In this document: piece by piece, positions 24,501 to 35,298 of the stretch
How the letters are laid out: every line of letters begins with the position of its first letter
Position numbering within the stretch: position 1 is the stretch's first letter
NCBI GenBank assembly: GCA_002269645.1
Contig: NIVC01003907.1
Location: 1-64,000, forward strand
Direction of reading: 5' to 3'
Length of the DNA: 64,000 bases
Source: Macrostomum lignano
Taxonomy: Eukaryota
Notes under the pieces: model-generated
What the model was told of the DNA's origin: nothing
The model's input: only the letters and a program-made list of their open reading frames with translations
Databases searched by the model: none
Program-made: the position numbers and the translations under genes

Positions 24501-27500
24501 GAATGCCGGTGCCAGACCCAAACAAACGCAGAAGTGGTTGATGGTCGGTACGGATGGTGAAGGGTCGGCCGTGGAAGTAATGTTTTAGACGTGCAGTCGC
24601 CCAAACTATAGCCAGAGCTTCGCTCTCTATGTTTTAATAGTTGGCCTCAGCGGAAGACATGCTGCGTGACACGTATATGACGGGATGGCCATCCTGCGTT
24701 GCCACGGCGGCGAGCGCTCCCTTGGACGCATCGGTGGTGAGCGTGAGCTCTTTCGTCAGACTGTATGGTTGGAAGACAGGCGCTGACGCAATCTCTATCT
24801 TGAGACTCTCGAATGCCCTGGAGCATTCATCCGACCACACAAAAGGTATGCCGGCCTTTCTCAGTCTGTTAAGAGGTGCAGTCTCGCCCGCAAAGTTCGG
24901 GATCAGCCGCCCAAAAAATGACTATCCCGAGGAAGTGGGCGAGCTCCGATTTGTTTGCAGGTGCACACACATGACGAATTTTCTCGACCACGCGATCATT
25001 GGGCTCTATGCCTGCAGCAGAGATCCGAAAGCCTAAGAATGAGGCGGAATCGCAATAGCTAATGCAATTTGACTCGTTGATGGTCACGCGCTTTTCAGTG
25101 AGCCGCGTCCGGACGGCAGTAAGACGCTTTTCTAGGGTTGTTTTGTCTGGTGCGTGGACAAGAATGTCGTCCTGGTAGATCAGTAAATCCTTTATGTCCC
25201 CTAGAATGGACTCTATTGTTCTTTGAAAGATAAAAGAGGCGTTTTTCATGCCCATTATCGATTTACTCGATAGAGCCCGCGGGACGTATTGATAACTGAC
25301 AGATCTCTCGCCGCTTCGTCTAGCTCAATCTGCCAGTATGCGGAACGCAGGTCGACGGTGGCAAATGTCTTGGCATTCTTTAGTTTCGAGAACATGGTTT
25401 CCACGTGTGGGATCGGATGCGAATCTGATTTGATCTTTGAGTTGACATGCACACTATAGTCTGCGCACATCCGCAGTGATCCATCCTTTTTTTCACCCAT
25501 ACCACGTGGGAAGAATTACTGACTGGGCCTTCTATTGGTTCGATGACACCTAGTCGGTGAAGACGGTATAGTTCAGCGTTGATCTGGTCTTCCAGGGCCA
25601 AGGGAACTGGGCGCGCACGGCAGAATGTGGTCGAGCACCATCTTTCAACTCCATTCAGGCCTTGACACCTCTGATGGTGGGCAGGTGCTCCGCAGCTGTG
25701 TTGCTGGCTGGTGACTCTGTGTGGAAGAGACCATCAGAATCGAGGAGGTCCCGACCCAGCAAGCCATACGGTTTAGCGGAAGTCACCACAATGAATTCTG
25801 CCGAGTGTAGACGCCCTCGTAGCTCTACAGTCGTAGCCATCTTGCCGAGTGACCGCATCACATGCCCGTCAAAAGCCTCTAGGCGTCGGTTGCAGCGTAG
25901 AAGTGGTGGCTGGCCCAACTTGGTCCACTGCGCGCTCGATAACACGGAGACGGATGCACCCGTATCAACTTGCATCTCTAGCCTTTTGTCATTGATGCGC
26001 ACTGCTTCGGTCGTGGCTTCGATTGAGTGTAGGGGGTCGGTTAGATGGAGCACGGTCGTAGGTTGCTCCATGCTTCCTGCTGCGGCTTCCTGCTGCGGCG
26101 ACGCGTGGGTCGACGCCAACCGGAGAGACGGCTCAGCGTGCTTGGCTACGCCGATGACCTCGCCCTGCTGTCCTCGACCGTCGAGGGCGCCCAACGACAG
26201 CTGGATAGGTTGGTTGCCGTTGCGGCGAGAGTCGGCCTGGTGGTCAACACGCAGAAGACCGTCGTGCTATGCGTGCCGGACGACACCGAGGCTGCAATCT
26301 TCTGCCGAGGCGCTGACGGACAGGCGAGTGAGCTTCCAAGATGTCAGCAGTTCTTCTACCTCGGCGGTCTGGTTCCCGACGTCCGCGAGGATCTGCGGCG
26401 TCGCCGAGGACTTGCCTGGGCTGCCTTTCGTTCTATAAGGTCAGTCCTGCAGTCCGAGGCCCTACCGGACCGCCAGAGGGCGGCGCTGTTCCAGTCGGTG
26501 ATCGAGACCGTCCTGTTATACAACGCCGAGACCTGGACGCTGACAGACTCGCTCGAGGCTCAAGTCGACGCGGCGCACGCTGGCCTGCTGCGCGCCGCCT
26601 TCAAGATCGGCAACGAGCGAGTCACCAACACGGCGCTCTATCATCGCGCCGGCCTGGCCCGTCCTAGCGATCTGCTGCGCCGTCGGCGACTCCAGCTGGC
26701 AGGCCACATCATCCGCGCCGAGGCCTACTGTCCGAAGCCGGTGCAGGAGGTGCTGCTACTTACGTTGCAGGCACCCTACCGGCGGAGACAGGCGAGGACT
26801 CGGCGCTACGTCGACTGTCTGCTGGCTGACGCCGGCGCCCCGGACTCTGCCGGCGGTGCGGCCTTTGTTCGCGCCCAAGCTTCGAAGCGCGCCATCTGAC
26901 GCTGCTTTTGCGAACTGACAGCGTACTCTGTTGTTGTTGTTGTTGTTGTAGGTTGCGGATCAAGTCTTGTGTCTTCTTCATCAGCTGTGGTGTGATGTAC
27001 GGGTCGAGAGGCCGCTGATTTGCAGACAGCACTAAAGTGGTTCTTTTTTTCCGCACTTAGAACAGATCTTGCCAAAAGCTGGGCATTTTCCTTCAGGATG
27101 CGGCTTGTCACAATATCGACAAGCCGTGATTTTCCGGCAAGTGCCGCCTCTGTCAGGTCGCTGTGACTGAGTATAATGAAGGGTCGAGTCATCGGATTGA
27201 ACTGTGACAGCAGTCTGCGCGGGTGGCACCGAGGGGCCTGCTGTCGTTTCCATCTGTTTTAAGACGAACTTGTCAACTTGGGTCATGTTTCGAATGCAGT
27301 CTACAATCTCAGAAACGGAGAGCTCAGTGAGTTGCAATGTCTCAAGCACACGTTGTTGCTTCCGGCCGTCACGAAGTCCGGCGATCAGTGCCATTCGTAT
27401 CAATTCTTCCAAAGAACTTTGATGCGTCTTGAGTGAGTCAAATTTGCAATCGGCTGCCGCATGCCGCAATCTGATGACAAAGTCAGTGACTGGCTCAACA

Positions 27501-28756
27501 GGTAGTTTCTGCATCGTAAAAAAACGTGCGCGTTCTGCGATAGTAAGCTTCTCCTTCGGACGCAGATAGGAGGTGAGTGCTGCTTTGATGTCAGTAAACG
27601 ACAACTCTGTTACAGCGCGCGGTGATATTAGGCTTTGCAGTTTTTCCAATGTAGTCAGTCCACAGCAAGCAAGAAAGTTGTCAGCGATGGTTTTCCTCTC
27701 AGTAGTATCGGACCAGCCTTTGGCTCTAGCAAGCGCTTCAAAGGCAGTTAGCCAGACCTGGGCACGGTCGGGCTTGCATAGCGGTAGTTCGCCCAACGAG
27801 GATGGCGACGTCAGTGTTGTGTATCGAGCTTGGCAGATAACAGTTGTATTTTAACTTAGGAAATAAGATGTAAGCATAGCAGGAATTGAGGCCATAGATA
27901 TAACTGTAAAGAATCAAGGCTAACATTGAAGGAATAAGTAACGGTGTGGGAGCGATTCATAACAAGTAACGGTGAGGGCGATTCTTCAGGGCACAACAAT
28001 ACTTTTAGTAGGCAAAACATACTAGTGACGAGTATCTTGACAAACACAGGACTCTTTCCAGCCAATCTAAAAGAATTTGTTAACAATGCGGAATCAGACA
28101 GAAAGACAGGAAGTGTCAACCCAATAGATTACTCAGATTTCGTGCTAATTTAAGGCTTGTCACTTGCTGAGAACCCAGCCTGAGAATGCCTGTCCCTCAA
28201 TGCAATGATAGCGCTCATAAGAGCAACTGCCGCCGCATTTCCGCACTCCACCACGCCACCGCAGGAGCTGGTAGTCCGCGAGGCCGACTCCTTTGCCAGC
28301 CAGGTCAGCCAGCTGTCCGAGCTGCTCTTCATCAAGCTAGACAGCCTCCTCACAGCCGACGAAGTTGAACGCGGCCGCGTCCCACCCGACCTGCTGCCCA
28401 CTGCCGACCTGCTGCGCAAGCAGATGGCCGGCGAGCCACTGCACGACCCCAACAAGGATCAGCTGATCCCGCGGGGCAAAGCCAACTGGTCCGGCCTGCC
28501 GCTCAACGAGTTCCAGCCGCCTGAGCAGCAGCCGCCCAAGACTCTGCGCTGCGCCACCCTGACCGTGACGGCCAAGACCACCATGGCGCACAACGAGACG
28601 GACAAGGCTCGCAGGGAGTTCTACGCCGCGTTTAAGGAATTCTTCCACGAAGTAATGGAGGAGATCCGACGAGCTGCTGCGGAGGCTGACACCCTCGAGA
28701 CCAGGTGGTTTGACAACTGGCAGAAGTCGGTGCAGAGAATTCGAGAGCTCTACTGA
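6556..28756 (+). CDS. CCDC180: Coiled-coil domain-containing protein 180 (CFAP76)-like, at least 16 exons
   Basis: Frame-consistent GT-AG exons: 6556-7068, 7830-8157, 8586-8893, 9301-9478, 9985-10196, 10410-10829, 13390-13473, 17130-17422, 17903-18259, 19007-19397, 19581-19900, 20108-20384, 20498-20676, 21768-22017, 22223-22567, 28265-28756. Motifs match recalled CCDC180: VYRQLFEAQVQL, INQTLLGN-like MNQTLLGNQR, QVKIKAEV, RPVTRPQALHETFDQC, YHNSCVIELR, LGHP, WQKSVQRIRELY. Possible extra frame-preserving exons at 11651-11755 and 21239-21370. Confidence 0.9.
7421..7750 (+). mobile_element. tRNA-derived CORE-type SINE, degenerate copy 1
   Basis: B-box GGTTCGATTC, CORE-like TTGAGCAAGACACTTAAC...AATATGGG, and 3' body shared with the copies at 12931 and 18541. 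Confidence 0.75.
9026..9280. repeat. ~32-bp minisatellite in CCDC180 intron 3
   Basis: Same array as 36-290. Confidence 0.85.
10985..11510. repeat. ~23-bp minisatellite (CCTCCTGACACACAGTTGTGGCG)
   Basis: Directly visible tandem array in CCDC180 intron 6. Confidence 0.9.
12593..12942. repeat. 15-bp minisatellite (GAGGGGTTGTAGCCT), ~23 copies, fused to the SINE head
   Basis: The last unit runs directly into GTAGCCTAGTGGTTAGAG, the SINE A-box. Confidence 0.95.
12931..13240 (+). mobile_element. tRNA-derived CORE-type SINE, best-preserved copy
   Basis: A-box TAGCCTAGTGGTTAG, B-box GGTTCGATTCC, MIR/CORE-like GTGTCCTTGAGCAAGACACTTAAC...CAGCTGTAAAATGGG, and a GTGTAATCA repeat tail. Confidence 0.85.
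13860..15683 (-). CDS. Alpha-arrestin (ARRDC-like), nested antisense in CCDC180 intron 7; exons 15683-14945 and 14860-13860
   Basis: KVQSFEIILD, LSPGEHVFPFACDLPFELPATFTGSYGNVSYLVKV, YDIGDNIFVNL, IIGVRYWLVF, LRTPVLIG. Phase-1 intron gtaagt...ccaacag. Q/P- and G/S-rich tail. Confidence 0.88.
16590..16985. repeat. ~31/39-bp purine-rich minisatellite (GAGCGGAGAGGCGGATTCAGGGACTGAGGCT)
   Basis: Directly visible tandem array upstream of the arrestin gene. Confidence 0.9.
18541..18815 (+). mobile_element. tRNA-derived CORE-type SINE, copy 3
   Basis: GAGTTGTAGCCTAGTG head, GGTTCGATTCC, TTGAGCAAGACACTTAAC, CAGCTGTAAAATGGGTGCCAGCATTAGC. Confidence 0.8.
22870..23108 (-). repeat. 3' LTR (239 bp)
   Basis: Direct repeat of 27815-27998, adjacent to the PPT. 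Confidence 0.95.
26067..26947 (+). mobile_element. 5'-truncated RTE-like non-LTR retrotransposon nested in the Gypsy gag-protease junction
   Basis: Open RT C-terminus LGYADDLALL...FYLGG...LLYNAETWTLT, stop at 26899, short 3' UTR, (TTG)n tail, and perfect 9-bp TSD GTAGGTTGC (26058-66, 26948-56). Confidence 0.92.
27815..27998 (-). repeat. 5' LTR (184 bp, internally deleted relative to the 3' LTR)
   Basis: Lacks ~55 bp present in the 3' LTR and has a few substitutions. Confidence 0.95.
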
Positions 28757-29624
28757 TGAGGCAGCTCGGACCTCAGCATGGCTATTTTGCTTTGAATCTT
28801 GACCCGAAACAGCATCAACTGAATTTGAATTCCTGCGTGCTCTGATTTTCAGTTTTGAAAATTTATCTATATTTCATCGCTTTTGTCAGTGAGAAAGCTT
28901 ATATTACTACTTAGGTCAGCCTACTTTCACAAACTTTTCCCAAATACGTAAGAAAAAAATTATAATTGGGTGTTGGTTAAAAATTGATTACTAATTTAAA
29001 CATACTCGAAAATAGACATGTGTTACGTAACTGCTCATCACTGCTATTCGATAACAATTTTATAATATACCATGAGTTTTTATGATCGCGATAGATCGCC
29101 TGGTTGAAATCTAAAATAATATTCTATGAAGTTAACTGCCGTCTACTCATTTTTGAAAACAAAAAAGCACGATTTACATTTTACTGCTTCTGATACATGA
29201 TACTATTAACTGACTATTGCATTTTCGCATTTTTAGTTAATACAAAAAGCAACTAATGCTCTGAAAAATCAGATGAAAATCTTCTACAAGCAAACAAAGA
29301 AAGCAGTTTCCGGATTTTTCACGCAGACGTCGCCGAGAAAAATCGGCTTCCGAAAAACTGCAACAACGGAAATTGCCAACAGGCCGCTCGCCAAGACTCC
29401 TCCCCGATGCCACAATGTCTGTCGCTATGGGGTGGCTCCCACCGAGCGTTTCTATTGTGTTTCTTCCCAACCATAAAAACTCCTGCTACAAACGAAGCAA
29501 AAGGGGTTTAAAACTTCTTATTGTCTATAGAAGCAGTGCCATTTCTGAAGCTAGACTTGAAAACTACCGAGACAAAACCTAAACCTAAAGCAGCAAGGCG
29601 ACAGCCATCTCTATCCAGCAGAGC

Positions 29625-30645
29625 ATGCGCCCGGTAAGCGCTCTGGCAGCCGTGTTGTTCCTGACACTCGCTGCAGTCCAGCTTATCGGGTGCCAGGCCA
29701 GTGCTGGAATAACAAAATGGAGATTCAGTCCGGGGAGACTCTTCGACTACGAGCCCGCGAAGTCGCTCTCAGCTCAGTCCAAAATCGAGTGCACTGTCGC
29801 TGCCACCGGTGACCCCGCTGTGCAGCTGGTGGCGTTCAACGCCAGCTCCGGCCTGTGCGCTCACTTCAGGTGTCGCCTCGGCCTGAGCCACTGCAGGAAG
29901 TGCCGTGCTGCGAACAAGGGAGCTCAGCGAGTGTGGGTGAGTGACAAAAATCCACTCCTAAAATTCGAGTATTATGTTTGCTAAACCAACCCACTTGTTT
30001 TCTGTTGCAGACAGCCGGCAGTGACTGCTGGACCACCGTGCAGCACAGGGTGTCCGGCTCAGTGGACTTTTACCGCAACTGGACTCAGTACCAGAGCGAG
30101 TTCGGCGAGGGACCCGACGGAAACTACTGGATCGGTGAGTGCATCCCAGATCTGCTCCATTCGCTTCCTTTTCCAACTCGGACTTCAATGACAAACACCG
30201 CCATGACGTCCGCATCTTCCCAGGCCTGAACTCTCTCCACGCTCTCACTGCTTCTGGTCCTCGGAAGCTGAGGATCCTGATGAAGGCGTGGAACGACTCT
30301 GAGCACTGGGCTGAGTACTCCAGCTTCTCCGTGGGTCCCGAGTCGGACAACTACCGGCTGAGCGTGTCCGGCTTCTCCGGCAGCGCCGGCGTCGGCAACT
30401 CGATGTCTCGCAACAATGGCCGCCAATTCTCGACGAGAGACGCTGATCACGACACCTATCACCAAAACTGTGCGGACAGGTTTTTCGGAGCCTGGTGGTT
30501 CTCAGATTGCTCTGATTCATTCCCCAATGGACAATACCGAGATTTCAGTGCGGCCATTGGAGGCCCATTTGCTGAAGGCGTCATCTGGCGGTATCCCTTC
30601 GGCTCCTACTACTCACTGAAAGAATTTGAAATGCTAATTCTTTAA
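29625..30645 (+). CDS. Secreted fibrinogen-related protein 1 (signal peptide + PAN/apple-like module + FBG domain); exons 29625-29936, 30011-30134, 30224-30645
   Basis: SVDFYRNW..Y...[44 protein letters not shown], and a hydrophobic N-terminus. Confidence 0.92.
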
Positions 30646-31031
30646 AACTGGGCCTTTTGAGCATCGAGATCAATTGACTCTGTTGAATACACACTGTCCT
30701 AGTGATTAGGCAATGCTATCAGAAAAAAATTAATAACTTTATTTTGTGAGAAGCGATCAATATATGACAGAAAAACTTTGCAAAAAAACTTGTTTGCGGT
30801 CAAGCGCATCACCAGAATCCTTTGATTTGTCTTAACCTAATTATAAATACATGTATCGATTAGTATAAGTAATGCGGTTTTTTAGTGACATCTTGACATC
30901 TAAAAGGACAACTAAGTAAAGACATGAAATCTAGAAGCTATTGCTGATAAATCGACTACTTATTAACAAATAGGAGCCACCTGCAAGGCATGAAACTTAA
31001 AACTTGGTACCCCTGCCGGCGTGACCCCCTT

Positions 31032-32197
31032 TAGGGATGTTCGGGTTCGGGTTTCGGGTCGGGTTTTGGCACCGGGTTCGGGGTTCGGGGTAGGCGTTTG
31101 GGGTAGGCATTTGGGTCGGGTTCGGGGTTCGGGGTAGTGTGTTCGGTTTCGGGTTTCGGGTCGGGTTTTGGCACCGGGTTCGGGGTTCGGGGTAGGCGTT
31201 TGGGGTAGGCATTTGGGTCGGGTTCGGGGTTCGGGGTAGTGTGTTCGGTTTCGGGTTTCGGGTCGGGTTTTGGTACCGGGTTCGGGGTTTTCGGGTTTTT
31301 TATATTTTTACGAGTTGAAACGAAATTAAGCGTAAACTGAGTATTTCCAGGTTTTTTTCGCGTATATTTAATTTTTTAAATCGTTATAAATATCATTCTA
31401 GTACGCTACCTTGCTTTATAATGCGGAACAACTTACACAAATGATAAATTAAGGCTTTGTCAAGAATCCGTTTAGAAAAAAGTTGATTTTGTAATACTAT
31501 AAGCCTTCTCCAAGCAAAAGAAGACCAAATTGGTGCGTTTGCATTGCTTGCATCATACTGAGCTGAGGAATGTCTTGACTAATATTTTTATTATGCAATC
31601 ATATTATTCAAAAATTCATTGACAGAATCTTTAATAGTTCGCAGTGCCTCTATTTTCGAATCTGCTGATTCCAAATTCTGAGGCAAGTCTCTGGGTTAAA
31701 ATGAAAAAATGGACTATATCAATGTGATTTTCTAAATTTAGTTGAATTTTGACAGTCACTATGACTCAACAATTAAAAACTGTATTATGATATGATGTTG
31801 TTTATCTGAAATAGGGGTGTTCGGGGTTCGGGGTCGGTTCGGGTCGGGTTCGGGTTCGGTAGGGTGTTCGGGTCGGGTTCGGGTTCGGTAGGGTGTTCGG
31901 GTCGGGTTCGGGTTCGGTAGGGTGTTCGGGTCGGGTTCGGGTTCGGTAGGGTGTTCGGGTCGGGTTCGGGTTCGGTAGGGTGTTCGGGTCGGGTTCGGGT
32001 TCGGTAGGGTGTTCGGGTCGGGTTCGGGTTCGGTAGGGTGTTCGGGTCGGGTTCGGGTTCGGTAGGGTGTTCGGGTCGGGTTCGGGTTCGGTAGGGTGTT
32101 CGGGTCGGGTTCGGGTTCGGTAGGGTGTTCGGGTCGGGTTCGGGGTTCGGCGTTAGAGCTACCCGAACCCGAAAAAATGGAAAGCCGAACACCCCTA
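31032..32197. mobile_element. Non-autonomous hAT-like TIR element with (GGGTTCGGGTC)-type subterminal arrays
   Basis: Ends TAGGGATGTTCGG...CCGAACACCCCTA; 8-bp flanks ACCCCCTT / ACCCACTT (7/8 match). An extra internal terminus-like TAGGGGTGTTCGG lies at 31812. Confidence 0.65.
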
Positions 32198-32669
32198 ACC
32201 CACTTCTAGGCGTGTTGAGCCCTAGGGTGACTGGAACCCGTTCTACGAGTATAACAGCAAAGAGCACAAGTGGAAAAATTTCCATTTGAAGACTTGCTTT
32301 GAAGATATTCCCTACATCTATACTTCTTGCTTCGACTTACTGCTAAGGAGGCAGTTTTGACTATTGAAGGAGTATCTTAGCACAATTCAGCGAGCGTCAA
32401 CGACTGCTTTCTTTCGCTTCCCAGGGTGATTCAAATTTCTTTCATGGATCAGAACAAAAGCTGCCAGGAAGCGAAGCCAGCAACAGCCTACTCCCTTTGG
32501 CTTTTGTTTCTCTTTGTATCTGCTGTCCATTGTTTCCCGGTTCCGGCAAGGCATCCGTCAGCAATCGCTATTTTTAGTAACGTTTGCAGCTTCTCAACCT
32601 GGCTCGTTCAGTGCTCCAAGCAAAATCTTTTTCGCCTCAGCTGCTAGCAAATTTCTGCTCTATTATTCA

Positions 32670-32925
32670 ATCTACAGCAATCCACAGCAATCCACAGGAA
32701 TCCACAGCAAAATACAGCAATCTACAGCAATCTACAGCAATCCACAGCAATCCACAGCAATCCAAAGAAATCCAAAGAAATCCACAGCGATCCACAGCAA
32801 TCCACAGAAATCCACAAAAATCCACAGCTATCACAGCAATCCACAGCAATCCAAAGTAATCCACAGCAATCCACAGCAATCCACAGAAATCCACAGCAAT
32901 CCACAGAAATCCACAGAAATCCACA
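32670..32925. repeat. 10-bp minisatellite (ATCCACAGCA)
   Basis: Directly visible tandem array. Confidence 0.85.
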
Positions 32926-33579
32926 TCAACATACTTCTGGGCTTCCTCACAGAGCACTTCCGAAGCTTAAGCTATAGATGTTAAATAGGCAGGTTGCTGG
33001 TCATTATTTTGGGGGAAAAATGGATATGAACTTCAAATTTTGTTTCAAGGGACGCCCTGATCCACTGGTCACATTAGTCACTACAGTTGATGCAGTCGTA
33101 GCGCAGGATGAACGCGCATTATCTCTGAAGCCTTTCAAAAAACTTCAAGAAGATATTATCGACTTTAGATTTTTATAGTAGGTCAGAAAAAGTCAACTTT
33201 TTATGTGATCTTACCGCTTTATTTAAGTGTGCACTTTCAAACGTCTTGAGAGAACAAAAAATCTTAACAAAAATTTCATTCTTATCAAAGAAACAGTTAC
33301 AAGTTTAAAAGACTTTTTTTAAACTCAGGTTTTACAACTTCCGATTTTATCTATACGAGCCAGATTGAGGGTGCAGACAGAAAACAGGTTTACATCCAAT
33401 TAAAATATTACATGTAAGATTGTTTTCATGTAAGTATTACATGTAAGAATGTAAGAATATTTCTGATGTTTTTGTTTCGCTCAAGAGCCATCATTTCGCT
33501 CAAAAAAAGTAAATAAATAATTAAATAGACGATAATCACTGGTCCTCATTGATACATTTTCCAAAATCACCCACAGTAT

Positions 33580-34590
33580 CTAAAAGATCAGCATTTCAAA
33601 CTTTTTCAATGAGTATTCCCTGTCGAAGGGATATTTCCAAAGAATTCCCAGATTAGGTGCACCACCAATGGCTGAAGCGGAGTCCTTGTACTCTCCGTTC
33701 GGGTTGGTGTCAAAACAGTTGGAGAACCACCAGGCACTGACGAACCTCTCGGCGCAATTGTAGGTAGCTTGAACGTCATGGTCGGCGTCCTTGGTGGTGA
33801 ACTGGAAGCCGTTGCTTCTGGCCAACGAGTCGCCGATGCCGGCGCTGCCGGAGAAGCCGGACACACTCAGCCGGTAGTTGTCCGACTCGGGACCCACGGA
33901 GAAGCTGGAGTACTCAGCCCAGTGCTCAGAGTCGTTCCAGGTGGTCATTAAAATGACCGGTTTTCGAGGACCAGAAGCAGTGAGCTTGTGAAGAGTGTTC
34001 AGGCCTGGGAAGTTGAAAAGTTGAACATAGTTCCAATTATCCAAATTTAATTACAGAATATTAAACAGCATTCAACCCCACCGATCCAGTAGTTTCCGTC
34101 GGGTCCCTCGCCGAACTCGCTCTGGTACTGAGTCCAGTTGCGGTAAAAGTCCACTGAGCCGGACACCCTGTGCTGCACGGTGGTCCAGCAGTCACTGCCG
34201 GCTGTCTGCAATGTAAAAAGTTTTTGCAAAAGTGCCAATTCAGACTATGGGGATGCAAAAGCTGCTGAACACAGGACTCACCCACACTTGATGATCTCCT
34301 TTGTTCGCATTGCGGCCCTTCCTGCAGTGGCTCAGGCCCAGGCGACACCTGAAGTGAGCGCACAGGCCGGAGCTGGCGTTGAACGCCACCAGCTGCACAG
34401 CGGGGTCCGAGTCCGCAGTCGCCATGCAGCTGATGTCGCTCCGTGCCCAAAACGAAGAAGCAGCCTCATATTCGGCAAGGCCGTCTCGACTCAGCCGCCA
34501 AGTTCTCTCAGCTGAGACAACTCCGGCCACGCGGGGATTTAGAGCTGCGAACAGCAGGATCATCCATTTAAATCCGTTTGTCGAGCACAT
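33580..34590 (-). CDS. Secreted fibrinogen-related protein 2; exons 34590 (or 34563)-34282, 34205-34082, 34004-33580
   Basis: Same exon structure and phases (124-nt middle exon) and FBG motifs as copy 1. Confidence 0.9.
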
Positions 34591-35298
34591 AGAGATAATT
34601 TATTGGTCTTCGATTTTCGATCTGTATCGATTTATGTAAAAATAGCCGGTCTGCAGCTGTGTCTCAGCCCAGTGGCTCCTCAACGGAAAGGTTCTGATGA
34701 TTTCGAAGTCAGGTAGAGTCGAGGTGATCTTTCAGCGACAATTTTACCCATCGGCAGTTCTGGCCATTCCGCAGACACCTGAGCTCACACAAGCGCGCCA
34801 ATACTGCACGCAGGCACGGCACTCATATGCGCTCACACAGGCTGTACAGCAACCTTGACTTACTAATCATCAAGCATGCACACCCTCTGTGCTTTTAGGG
34901 CTTTGCCCACATGAGTGTGTGAACCGCACGACAGCCCTGGCCTCGTATTAAATGCAACGATCAGTATGAAAATTCCTTTAAAACTCTTAGAACTACAGGT
35001 GTACTCGGCGTTTCTCTGAGACTCTGGCGCCCCAGAATCTGTCGTCCACGCTACATATGTTCACGCCCCGGCTCAAAGTCGCGCCTTGTAACACTGTCTT
35101 TCGTTAATTATGTTCCCTTTTAAGATCTCAAAACAGCTGTCTGATGTATTTTGGTTTGCTTGTTGTTGGCTTGTTGCTCAAGCAGCCTCGAGAAAATGGA
35201 TGGCAGACTGTTGTAACACCGTGCAACAGAGGACGTCCAGCTCAGCGAGCTTTCAATGAACCCTGCAACTGCTCAATAATGCCAAGCCCTAGCCTCTA

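Larger units (their letters stand above)
22870..27998 (-). mobile_element. Degenerate full-length Ty3/Gypsy LTR retrotransposon in CCDC180 intron 15
   Basis: LTRs with TGTTGTG...CACAACA termini, 5-bp TSD ATACT (22865-69, 27999-28003) and PPT AAGAGGGGAC. Order on minus: gag (CxxC motifs), protease DTGASVS, RT (DLRSAY, YQDDIL), RNase H (TDAS), integrase (H-C2 zinc finger, RIHMDW, VVVSDNAPEF). Many frameshifts and stops. Confidence 0.95.

Noticed and set aside
31040-32150. Interstitial telomere
   Set aside because: The units are GGGTTC/GGGTC compounds, not TTAGGG, and are bounded by TIR-like ends.
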